Of a stretch of 64,000 bases of DNA, positions 38,180-49,593 are shown piece by piece. Below the pieces are notes generated by a model. That model ran no database searches and had not been told where the DNA came from. It saw only the letters and a list, made by a program, of their open reading frames with translations. Where the stretch lies: contig NC_042998.1 in assembly GCF_006345805.1 (NCBI RefSeq), positions 199,764,001-199,828,000 of the forward strand, in the 5' to 3' direction. Both the position numbers and the translations under genes were made by a program. How positions within the stretch are numbered: position 1 is the first letter of the stretch; the number at the start of each line of letters is the position of its first letter. The DNA comes from Octopus sinensis (taxonomy: Eukaryota).

Positions 38180-38390
38180 ATGATTTGTTTATAGTGATAA
38201 AAATTATGCGCTCTACTTTAGCACCGCCTGTCCCATCGAATGGAATTATCTTCAATAGGTGCACCGTGTGCCACAAGTCAGAGTTTGGGAATCTTGAATT
38301 TCGTCCTGTTCTCATGCCTTCCAATTATTTGGGGGTTCTTTGCACTACTTTGGTTACTTCTTTCGTTGATATGGGTGTTATTTGTTCATG
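38180..38390 (-). mobile_element. R4/Dong RT domain-0 fragment
   Basis: Minus strand ITPISTKEVTKVV...NNWKA*EQDEIQ resembles NWKAPGPD.IQ. Confidence 0.6.
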
Positions 38391-38701
38391 AAGGCGCGTG
38401 GCTTAGTGGTTAAGGTGATCGTAAGGTCGTGAGTTCAATTCCCTTTGGCGCGTTGTGTCCTTGAGCAAGACACTTTATTTCATGTTGCCCGAGTCCACTC
38501 AGTTGGCAAAAATGAGTAGTACTTTAGTTGAAAAAGGGCCAGCCTTGTCACACACTGTGTCACGCTGAATCTCCCTGAGAACAACGTCAAGAGTACACGT
38601 GTTTGTGGAGTGCTCAACCTCTTACACGTTAATTTCACGAGCAAGCTATTCCGTTTATCGTATCAGATGGGATCCTCGTCGTCGCAACCGACGGAGTGCT
38701 C
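38390..38701 (+). mobile_element. Mosaic SINE: family-B-like head/core with family-A tail
   Basis: TTGTGTCCTTGAGCAAGACACTTTATT (B) followed by GGGCCAGCCTTGTCAC...CCGACGGAGTGCT (A). Confidence 0.75.
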
Positions 38702-38786
38702 CTTTCTTCTTATTTGTTCTGTTGCTGTGTTTTTTTGTTTTAATTAAACTTTTCTATGGTAATTTCCTCGCCGTCCATACATATAT

Positions 38787-38873
<87 letters not shown>

Positions 38874-38891
38874 TATGTATACATATATAAT

Positions 38892-38923
<32 letters not shown>

Positions 38924-39202
38924 ATATATATATTTCAACAATTGAGGGTAAAATTAATTATTAATTAATCAATTTCACCAAGTATTCAGTATGCAAAGGG
39001 ACCATTTAAGGATTCAAATTATTACATTATATAAAAGGGCTTAGTAAAATAAATTACTTTGCCGCATACTGAACTCGTTAGAAATAGCAGCTAAAAAAAC
39101 TATTTCTAACACTTAAAGAAAACCTCTCTCATATAGTGTTTGCTCAATCAACTCAAGAAAGTATGAGGGTAGAGACATTAAAAATCAAATGCAAAGGTTA
39201 TT

Positions 39203-39255
39203 TGAGTACGTACGTTTCAAGATTAGCCAAAATCGACCCTTCTCTCATCAGCTCA
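39203..39255 (-). ncRNA. Type I hammerhead ribozyme
   Basis: UGAG-CUGAUGA-GAGA...UCUU-GAAA-CGUACG-UA-CUCA; palindromic stem III ACGUACGU. Confidence 0.8.
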
Positions 39256-39856
39256 GAATGCCCTTGTTTGAGTTTGAAAACACTGAAAATGGGAGCATAC
39301 CCTTTCGGCTTGTTATCGCTTCTGAAGATCTGTTCCAAACTAACAGTGCTAACTAACTCAAATATGCAGAGAAAAATTTTCTGTTCTCTCCTCTCCGACC
39401 AGCGTGGGTTAAAATCAGCAAACACTATGCTTTTTTCGGTAAAATCCGAGATAATTAAGTAGAGAGAGATGAATTATAATTTCAACAATTGAGGGTAAAA
39501 TTAATTAATTAATTAATCAATTTCACCAAGTATTCAGTATGCAAAGGGACCATTTAAGGCAAATTCAAATTATTACATTATATAAAAGGGCTTAGTAAAA
39601 TAATTACTTTGCCGCATACTGAACTCGTTAGAAATAGCAGCTAAAAAACACTATTTCTAACACTTAAAGAAAACCTCTCTCATATAGTGTTTGCTCAATT
39701 CAACTCACGCTGGTGGAAAGGGGAGAAACAGAAAATTTTTCTCTTGCATATTTGAGTTAGTTAGCACTGTTAGTTTGGAACAGATCTTCAGAAGCGATAA
39801 CAAGCCGAAAGGGTATGCTCCCATTTTCAGTGTTTTCAAACTCAACAAGGGCATTC

Positions 39857-39909
39857 TGAGCTGATGAGAGAAGGGTCGATTTTGGCTAATCTTGAAACGT
39901 ACGTACTCA
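39857..39909 (+). ncRNA. Type I hammerhead ribozyme (inverted copy)
   Basis: Same as 39203-39255; predicted cleavage after 39905. Confidence 0.8.
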
Positions 39910-40076
39910 AATAACCTTTGCATTTGATTTTTTAATGTCTCTACCCTCATACTTTCTTGAGTTGAATTGAGCAAACTATATGAGAGAGGTTTTCTTTAAG
40001 TGTTAGAAATAGTTTTTTAGCTGCTATTTCTAACGAGTTCATATGCGGCAAAGTAATTTATTTTACTAAGCCCTTT

Positions 40077-40148
<72 letters not shown>

Positions 40149-40357
40149 AATGCATATATATATATATATATAATAGAATTTAAAATTACTAAGTCTCTCT
40201 AAAGGAGATTACGGCAGCGTTACTGGATATTAATAGTTATCGCCATACTAATATGGCAGTCTATAAATATAAGTCTAAAGCTGTCGCTGATTAGATATAT
40301 ATGTATGTTTGTATATCTCTCGCCTGTCTCTCGCACACATACTTCATATATATATAT

Positions 40358-40391
<34 letters not shown>

Positions 40392-40482
40392 ATATATTAG
40401 AGACAAAACCACTATTTTGCAAAACAAACAAGGAAAGACTTAATCAATACATAAAATTTTAAGAAATAGTCAAAAAAAACCG

Positions 40483-40525
40483 CCACTACAATTGTTTCTT
40501 GTCTTGATCGACAATCTTCAGGTGG
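40483..40525 (-). ncRNA. Minimal type I hammerhead ribozyme (left arm)
   Basis: Mirror image of 40597-40639. Confidence 0.8.
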
Positions 40526-40596
40526 ACTTCCAATTTACAAGTCAGTTTCAAATTATGAAGTCTTCATAATTTGAAACTGACTTGTAAATTGGAAGT

Positions 40597-40639
40597 CCAC
40601 CTGAAGATTGTCGATCAAGACAAGAAACAATTGTAGTGG
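40597..40639 (+). ncRNA. Minimal type I hammerhead ribozyme (right arm)
   Basis: CCAC-CUGAAGA-UUGUC-gaucaa-GACAA-GAAA-CAAUUG-UA-GUGG; canonical core, GUA triplet, cleavage after 40635. Confidence 0.85.
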
Positions 40640-40812
40640 CGGTTTTTTTTGACTATTTCTTAAAATTTTATGTATTGATTAAGTCTTTCCTTGTTGTTTT
40701 GCAAAATAGTGGTTTTGTCTCTAATAATATTTATATATTTTACTATAAAATTGGATTTAATCCTAAATCTGATTTTTTCCCTGTAAATTTGGATTTATTC
40801 CCTAATATTTAT

Positions 40813-40877
<65 letters not shown>

Positions 40878-40902
40878 GTATATGTGCGTTGGTGTGTGTG
40901 TG

Positions 40903-40934
<32 letters not shown>

Positions 40935-40977
40935 TTGTGTGTGTGTGTGCGTCTGTGTGTGTGTGTATGTATTGCTG

Positions 40978-42190
40978 AATTCTTCAACTTCTCTTGCTGC
41001 AATGGTTTCAATTCTAGTTTTACCAAGTTCTTGTTAGAATCGTTTTAGATTTGAGTATTGGAGTTAAACAACTTATTTTGTTCAAGAATCTTTAACGTTT
41101 TTCATACCAACGCATTGTTTTGCTTTAGCTAGTATATCTTGCTTTTGATGTTCTTTGTTCTTTTGTTTCATGTACAAATTGTTTTGTATTTCTGTATTTT
41201 TCTTTCTCTGTTGGTTTTTAGTAGTGCTATTTGGTTATCATTTTCATTAAGGTCTGACAGATCCTTTCTTTTATATTCGTATCTTCTGGATATTAGTTTC
41301 CCATATCGATTGTTTATGGTTTGATATTACTCTCAGGGTAGATTTGCGGGATTATTCAATTTCCTTAGCCTGATCATATCCACGTTTGCTCCTGTTGCTA
41401 TTACGTCTGTGATGGCCAAACTTATGTCATTTTATCTTGTTTTGCTATCATATTATTAATTCTAATTTTTGGCAACTCCATTTGATAGTTCATACTAAGT
41501 TCTACGTCTTGTAATTCTCCAATTATATCCAATTTTAAAGTATCATAAACATGCTTTTCGATTTCCTTGATTCCATGTCTTAGGTTTTCTTTGTATTCCT
41601 TCCTGTTTCTGAATTTTTTTCTTTGTGCTATTCTGTTTCGATGTATTTTGATCTCCATTGAGTAGGCGTAGCGTTTGATTTTTTTGTTTATCGTTTCATT
41701 CCACGTGTTGTCTATATTGGTGGAGGCGCAATGGCCCAGTGGTTAGGGCAGTAGACTCGCGGTCGTAGGATCGCGGTTTCGATTCCCAGGCCGGGCGTTG
41801 TAAGTGGTTATTGAGCGAAAACACCTAACAGCTCCACGAGGCTCCGGCAGGGGATGGTAGTGATCCCTGCTGTACTCTTTCATCAAAACTTTCTTTCACT
41901 CTTACTTCCTGTTTCTGTTGTACCTGTATTTCAAGGGGCCGGCCTTGTCACTCTGTGTCACGGTGAATATCCCCGAGAACTACGTTAAGGGTGCACGTGT
42001 CTGTGGAGTGCTCAGCCACTTACACGTTAATTTCACTAGCAGGCTGTTCCGTTGATTCGGATCAACCGGAGCCCTCATCGTCGTAACCGACGGAGTGCTT
42101 CCATGTCTATATTGGTATACACTAGCTATTTATATTATTTCTAGATATTCTATAGTCACTACTTGTATGTTCAGTTCGTTGATTTTCGTT
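40978..42190 (-). mobile_element. PLE ORF N-terminal fragment interrupted by a SINE
   Basis: Lys/Glu/Asn-rich basic ORF pieces (41422-41658; NKNLVKLELKPLQQEKL) resembling the region upstream of PLE RT; continuous across the SINE TSD. Confidence 0.4.
41722..42103 (+). mobile_element. SINE family A, full length, with 13-bp TSD
   Basis: TSD TGTCTATATTGGT at 41709-41721 and 42104-42116. Confidence 0.92.
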
Positions 42191-42545
42191 ATTTAATCAT
42201 CATCATAATCGTCGTCGTCACCATCATTACTATCTCGTCTAAATCACCTTGACACCACTCTTAGAAAGGGCTCCTTAGCCGTAGTGAAGGCAATCTATCT
42301 AAGGAGATAACCTTACAATAAATCACTCGGTCCGTAGCTTAGAAATACTGGGTTGACGTCCAGCGGGAACAGCTTTGTTTCATGGAGGAGGAAAGATCTT
42401 CTTTAGTACTTGGTTGTACAATGCTTTCCAATGTGTGTAGTAGTGGCGCACGCACACATTATTAGCCATTTGAAAAGACTATGAAAGTCACGACCACGGT
42501 CGAACAATGATGATGATGACTCTTAGACTGAAGAACATATATTAC

Positions 42546-42763
42546 CCATTTCTTTACTACCCACAAGAGGCTAAACATAGAGGGGACAAACAAGGACAGA
42601 CAAACGGTTTAAGTCGATTATAACTGGTACTTATTTAACCGACCCCGAAAGGATGAAAGGCAAAGTCGACCACGGCAGAATTTGAACTCAGAACGTAGCG
42701 GCAGACGAAATACCGCTAAGCATTTCGTCCGGCGTGCTAACGATCCTGCCAGCTCGCCACCTT
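42546..42763 (-). mobile_element. SINE family D
   Basis: Reverse complement of the 24705-24938 copy. Confidence 0.8.
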
Positions 42764-43486
42764 TGAAGGACATATATTACCAATGCCTTTCACTACTAAA
42801 ACTCTTAACCACACCCTGAAACCATCGTTTCTTCCAAATTCTTGATCTCCTCAATTTACTCATTTTTATCCCGTTTTTTTAGAGCTTGTATGCAAATAAA
42901 AATCACAACCAGCCTATTTCTTTTCAATAGTCTTCTCATGTAGACCTTCATTTCTTGCCCACTATCTCACTATATATTTCATTGTCTTCTTTTTATTTCC
43001 CACTTGTTCTCTTTTGCTGTCACTCTTTCTCTGTCACTGTCTCCATGAATCCCATTCTTTGTCATCCTCTATATACATTTCTATCTTCCTACCTTATTAG
43101 CACTAACCATATATATGGAAATATTTCCATCAATTCCTTCCTAACTTAAAATGTTATAACCGAAGAAGGCTTAAGTAATGGATGCTTTTCCTTTTATTTA
43201 TGACAGAAAACTGAAACGTACGCATGATTTCAAAATATCGCTATTCTGTTCAACAAAAGCATTCTAACGGTTTAGCTCTTATATATAGTAATGTAGGTGT
43301 TTGCTAACGCTCAACTTACATTTAGATATATTTGTGATTATCATTTTGGGGAAATATTGCAAACTACTGTTTATATTAATTTTATATATACTCATTAGCG
43401 TATCGCTAAATCATCCAAATATTTGGATGACAAAAGCATAGATGCTAGTGACAAAGCAAGTCCGGAAAGAGCAGAAGTCGAGCTGT

Positions 43487-43537
43487 CTTAACTGATGAGG
43501 TATGGGAAATTGCCGAAACTGACGCGTCAGCATTGGG
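43487..43537 (+). ncRNA. Hammerhead with mutated cleavage triplet (GCA)
   Basis: CUUAA-CUGAUGA-GGUA...UGCC-GAAA-CUGACGCGUCAG-CA-UUGGG. Confidence 0.6.
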
Positions 43538-44354
43538 AATTCTTGACCGGCACTTTTCGAACGATTACAGTCTCTCATATTTTATGTTTGTATTCATATG
43601 CATTAACTTCAGCATTAGAGTGGTTTAACCCTTATTTCTAGCAATGTAGGTTTTTCCGCATTTAGTGTCACAGCTACACACACACAACCCTCTCTCTCTT
43701 TCTCTCTATCTCCCCCCTCTCTCTTTCTATATATATATATATACATATATAAACTGGGAATCACATTACCTTTGTTTAGTTGCACTCAAACGGACGTTCC
43801 GGTCAGTATTAGAAATTATTTTTACGTTATCGCGGAACAGAATAGCATCAATGTCGCATCTGGTGTCTGACAAATAGACGCAGTAAATACATACATACAT
43901 GCATAAATGCATGCGCGCGCACATACACACACACGCGCACTCACATATACACACATCACAAATGTTTAAAATTGACGGGAACTACTTCGAGAGAATTTTA
44001 TTTATGTATACATACATTACATCATAACATATCCACCAACTACAGCTGAAATTTTAAACAAGACACTATACATCAACCCGTGCTATACCACAGCAAGGAC
44101 GAATGCCAGAGTCGGATCTGTGGTTTGAATTGTATTTAGCTAATTCTATATGGACGGTATCCAACCAATACTCGATGCCTTCCACACTGTTCACCTCACT
44201 GTTAACTCTATGTTGTGGTATCAATATATTCCTCATATCCCACGGGCTCATGTACCTAGATGTTATAGAATCGTTAAAATTAATTGCGTGTGTATATACA
44301 TATATATATAAAACAAAGTTGAGTTGTGGGGTATCGCACGAGTGGAATTATATA

Positions 44355-45214
44355 CGAAAGAAGGTTTGAAAATGCAATTTAAAAGATGTTTATTTACTTA
44401 ACCGGTTTCACTGTTTGGAAAAAGATTGTCAAAAGTAACATAGAATATTATGAATTCAAAAAGTCTTTTACATAATTGCCACATTGAATATTATGAATTC
44501 AAAAAAGTTTTGTTACATAATTGCCACATTACATGTATATATATAGTCTTTGGTAACAGGGACATGTTAAGGGCATAAAGACGTTCAACAGTGTGATGAG
44601 AATATTTGAAAAAAAAGGGGCAGAAAAGAATAAAACAATTATATTATTGGAAGTTTGGTTGCGTTAATTATTGGTTGTTGCAAATTGTCACATTACATGT
44701 ATATATACAGTCTTTGGTAAAAAGGACATAGTACAGCAGTATGGTGAGAATATTTGAAAAATTGGCAGAAAAAATTAAAATGAATATATTATACATCTCA
44801 GGGTCAGTACAGAATATTATGAATTTAAGGCGAGTTTGTTTACTGACCTGTCCGTTTTAGCAGAAATGTTGAATTGAGAAAAATGTACCCATTTTTTTCT
44901 ATTTATGGCTTTCCTTCAAGCATCAATGATTTTGGGGTTAGCATGAGATGAGTATGTGTGTCTCTCTGCGTGTGCGTGAATAGATGTGTCTGTGTGCCTG
45001 TAGTATTTTTTTCAAATAGTCTCATCACACAGTTGAACTTCTTTATGCCCTTAACATGTCCCTGTTACCAAAGACTATATATATACTTGTAATGTTGCAA
45101 TTATGTAAAAAAACTTTTTTGAATCTATGTTACTTTTGACAACCTTTTTCCAAAGAGTGAAACCGGTTAAGTAAATAAACATCTTTTAAAATTGCATTTT
45201 CAAACCTTCTTTCG
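44355..45214. mobile_element. Non-autonomous DNA transposon with long (~210-260 bp) TIRs and TA flanks
   Basis: TA|CGAAAGAAGGTTTGAAAATGC ... GCATTTTCAAACCTTCTTTCG|TA. TIRs ~44355-44620 and ~45003-45214; internal subterminal repeats; no ORF. Confidence 0.8.
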
Positions 45215-45306
<92 letters not shown>

Positions 45307-45429
45307 GCATATATACGTAAATTCATAGAGAAATACACATACATATATACATACATATACATACATGCACACACACACGCACAAACACATACATATATAA
45401 TGGTGATGGGTAAGAAGAATAAACGCATA

Positions 45430-45842
45430 GGCGCAGGAGTAGCAGTGTGGTAAGTAGCTTGATAACCAACCACATGCTTCCGGGTTCAGTCCCACTGCGT
45501 GGCATCTTGGGCAAGTGTCTTCTGTTATGGCCCCGGGCCGACTAATGCCTTGTGAGTAGATTTGGTAGACGGAAACTGAAAGAAGCCTGTCGTATATATG
45601 TATATATGTATATATTTATATGTGTGTGTGTGTTTGTGTGTCTGTGTTTGTCCCCCTAGCATTGCTTGACAACCGATGCTGGTGTGTTTACGTCCCCGTC
45701 AACTAGCGGTTCGGCAAAAGAGACCGATAGAATAAGTACTGGGCTTACAAAGAATAAGTCCCGGGGTCGATTTGCTCGACTAAAGGCGGTGCTCCAGCAT
45801 GGCCGCAGTCAAATGACTGAAACAAGTAAAAGAGTAAAAGAG
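45430..45842 (+). mobile_element. SINE family C
   Basis: Full-length homology. Confidence 0.9.
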
Positions 45843-46479
45843 TATATGTATGTGCGGGTGTGCATAAGTATTCATCTGTTTGCGCATGTATATGTATATA
45901 TACCTATATACGAGTATGCGCGGTTTGTGTGTACGTGTGGAAGTATGTATATGTGTGAATATATGCGTGTGTCTCTGTGTACATATATATTGACATACGG
46001 ATACATATTTGTGTGTGTGTATATGTATACGTGCGTAATTGCATATATAAAAAATTTTCATAACTTTATTCATATTTTATAAAGGAATATTTCATTCTTT
46101 TATTGACTATAAACTTACCTTGTTTATATTTTAATTTCCTCTATCGTCTCTATTTAATTTATTCATATATTTTTCTAATTCTATTTACCTACATTATCGT
46201 AGTTCCAAACAACCTATAAACCCCACGCCCGAATATATAACAATACAAATCATAAGCCGCTTCGTTGAGTCTACTATAATGATTCCATAAACACATATTA
46301 AAAAAATCGAAAGGTATACTTTTTTCCCTCAGAAGATATGCTCAGGTCATATATATATATATACACACTGGCTTAAAAGCCAGCTCCTGTGCATGGCTCT
46401 TCATTAGGCCTTGGGTACAACAATGACACTCATACACTGAGTACATATTAAATTTTATTGAATTTGAACATTATTCTTT

Positions 46480-46689
46480 TCTACACAAGGCACATGAGCC
46501 GAAATTTTGGGGGAGGGGACCAGTCTGTTAGACCGACCCCAGTACGCAACTGGTATATAATTTATCTATCCCGAAAGGATGAAAGCCAAAGTCGAACTCA
46601 GCGGAACTTGAACTCGGAATGTAAAGACAGACGAAATACCGCTAAGCATTTCGCCAGGCGTGCTCACGTTTCTGCCAGCTCGCCGCCTT
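46480..46689 (-). mobile_element. SINE family D
   Basis: Reverse-complement head and core. Confidence 0.75.
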
Positions 46690-47019
46690 TAAGCTTCAAC
46701 AATATATTTCAAGCAACGAACAATTTACATCAAAACAATGGTATAATTTGTCGACTTGTAACTTGTTGCATAGCTGCAGGATAAGCAACTGTATCACCAC
46801 CATCACCACAACATCTGCGATACATACACCATTCCGACTTCTGACGCCATCACCATCAATAACTTTGACTTCGACGCCTTTCCCTTCACCACCATCACCA
46901 CTGTCTTCCGCATCTCTGACCGCCTTGGATATTTATAACTTAGATATGTTTCGAATAAAAATCGGGTCGGACCATGTCTAACTTAATAACATCACCGGAT
47001 AGTATTTGCTAAATCCTTT

Positions 47020-47160
47020 TAAAATCAGGTCTTGTGGTATTATGGCCCATTCGAGTAGGAATTTATTGTTGAGTGAGTTACATCCAAGTACTTGTCCAGA
47101 TTCCGTTTAAAGGTGATGAGATCCTTTTCCTCTTTGCTCTGTTTTGGGAAAGTGACGAAG
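47020..47160 (-). mobile_element. Probable CR1-type LINE 3' fragment
   Basis: Minus strand KEEKDLITFKRNLDKYLD resembles the CR1 terminal FK..LD.FL motif. Confidence 0.4.
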
Positions 47161-47414
47161 AATATATATGCATTTTAAGATTTAAAATTCTCTAGAGGTA
47201 TAAAGAAGGAAGGTAAATCCAATATATATACATGGTTCATATTGGATTTGGTTACTTACATATATACAACCTGCAGTATACTACCAACACATGATACTTC
47301 ATGCTTGTTTTACCTCATGAAATCAATGTTATGGTACTTAGCTAGTCCTGGCGCCCTACTCCTACGCGTTGATGTACCTAGATTCTAATAAAACATGTAA
47401 TTAATTTATCAAGC

Positions 47415-47671
47415 TATGTATGTATGTATGTATGTATGTATGTAGTATGTATGTATGTATGTATGTATGTATGTATCTATCTATCTATCTATCTATCTAT
47501 CTGTCTGTCTGTTTGTCTATCTGTCTGTCTTTCTCTCTGTCTGTCGGTCTGCTTGTTTGTCTATATGTCCATTCACCCGTCCGCCCGTTCGCCAGTCCGT
47601 CGGTCCATCTTTCTGTCTATCTGTCTATCTATCTGTCTGTCTATCTATCTATCTATCTATCTATCTAATAT

Positions 47672-47769
<98 letters not shown>

Positions 47770-47780
47770 TGTATGTATAG
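47415..47780. repeat. Compound (ATGT)n/(CTAT)n/(AT)n microsatellite
   Basis: Directly visible. Confidence 0.95.
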
Positions 47781-48220
47781 ACGCTCAACAATCCTTCTAA
47801 CGGAAGACTGAGAAAGACACTTATGAGTGTCATCGATTTCAGCTCGGTAATGTGAATTACTTGATGCACTCTGGTCTCTCTCTCTCTCTCTCTCTGACTC
47901 AAGAGGGAAGGTCAGAGGGCTACCATCATCGCTAACAGCTTAGCAGAAATTTCATTACTTGAAGTGAAGTATTTTAGGAATTGAAGCCAATCAAACAGTA
48001 CCAAACACTTTACTATATTTCTTTTTAAACTCTCTCGTCGCAACTTTAGAGTTTTATATCTGCTTACGGAATTTGTCGGCAGATAACACTTTAAGGTATA
48101 TCAACTTTAGTTAAGGTATATTAACTTTAAGGTGTATTAACTTTAGTTAAGGTGTAGTTAAGGTTTATTAACTTTAGTTTTTGATCGAAAAATATTAATT
48201 TCTTCTGCAATACTGCAATA

Positions 48221-48607
48221 GGCGCAGTAGTGTCTGTGTGTTAACTAGCTTGCTAACTAACCACATGGTTCTGGGTTCAGTCCTACTGCGTGGAATCTTG
48301 TGCAAGTGTCTTCTACTATAGCCTTGGGCCGACCAAAGTCTTGTGAGTGGATTTGGTAGACGGAAACTGAAAGAAGCCTGTCGTATATATGTATATATGT
48401 ATATATTTATATGTGTGTGTGTGTTTGTCCCCCTAGCATTGCTTGACAACCGATGCTGGTGTGTTTACGTCCCCGTTACTTAGCGGTTCGGCAAAAGAGA
48501 CCGATAGAATAAGTACTGGGCTTACAAAGAATAAGTCCCGGGGTCGATTTGCTCGACTAAAGGCGGTGCTCCAGCATGGCCGCAGTCAAGTGTCTGAAAC
48601 AAGTAAA
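48221..48607 (+). mobile_element. SINE family C
   Basis: Full-length homology. Confidence 0.9.
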
Positions 48608-49224
48608 AAAAAAAATACTTAAATACAATATTAAGATTTTATCTAGCAGTATTGCGATTTCCTACTAAGGCATTAATTTCATCTTGTTGGAAGTATAACA
48701 TTTTAGATTAAGTGTTTTTGTTTTCTTTTACACAGGATTGCATATCATTGACACTTGTATCATAAAATTGTGATTTTTGTACAAGAGGTCACTTTTAGAT
48801 TGTTGCATTGCAGAACTTGAATATTTTCTGAAGGATTAAGTAGGGAATGCCTGAAAATCATCTTTGTAGAATATACCTTTGTAATAAATTCTATTTAACC
48901 CTTATATATGTTTCCAAAACAAGTCGAATTTTTGAAGCAACACTTTATATTTTATCATCTACGCTTGTAATTAATTTTGTAAAATGTAGATGTGGGCTAT
49001 GGCCCGGGGCACGCTTTGATTTATTAAGAGACAGCTGTATGAATTTTATAATTCACTCTTTTACTCTTTTATTTGTTTCAGGGATTAGACTACTGCCAGA
49101 ATTTTTATGAATATTTACATTTGGTAAAATACCTGAGGTTTAGCAACTTATAATATTTTTAACGCAGCTTTGTAAAATAGGACTTAAATTCAGTACAAAA
49201 GATTCCTTTCTCTTTTAGATAATA

Positions 49225-49593
49225 ACTAGTACTATGACCTGGCAACGCCAGGTCATAGTGCTAGTGTATGCATATACAGCTGCGTGCGTGCGCACATACA
49301 CGCATACACGTGAGTACTGTCCAAATCTCCGACCAATCACATACAGCTAGCTTGCATTTAATTGGTGTATCAAGTTTCGGGCTTTTTGATTGGGTTTCGA
49401 TAGAATAGTAAAAAAAAGGGCACTTCTATTGATTTTTTAATGTCTTTGCGGCGTGACTGGGGAAATGTAAAGATGTGCACAACCACCTGTGGACGGTTTT
49501 GAATGAATATAGAAAGTGCGAGCCCTCTAACTAAAGAGTTGTGGATTTGTATAAAGGACACACACACAGACATTTTACCGTTTATATATAGAG
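49225..49593 (+). mobile_element. Non-autonomous Helitron/Helentron-like (Lep1/DINE-type) element
   Basis: Begins ACTAG with an 18-bp hairpin (CTAGTACTATGACCTGGC-AAC-GCCAGGTCATAGTGCTAG) and ends ACACACAGAC...TTTATATATAGAG, a layout resembling Lep1/HINE elements. Confidence 0.45.

Larger units (their letters stand above)
38933..40084. mobile_element. PLE-type pLTR cluster: 547-bp unit, partial tandem copy and inverted copy, flanked by (AT)n
   Basis: TTTCAACAATTGAGGG at 38933 and 39480. The forward copy ends at ~39707 and the inverted copy spans 39706-40084. Confidence 0.85.
40396..40725. repeat. Near-perfect palindrome, ~165-bp arms with 1-nt spacer (40561), one HHR per arm
   Basis: ...ATTATGAAG-T-CTTCATAAT...; arms differ by one A in a short tract. 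Confidence 0.9.
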
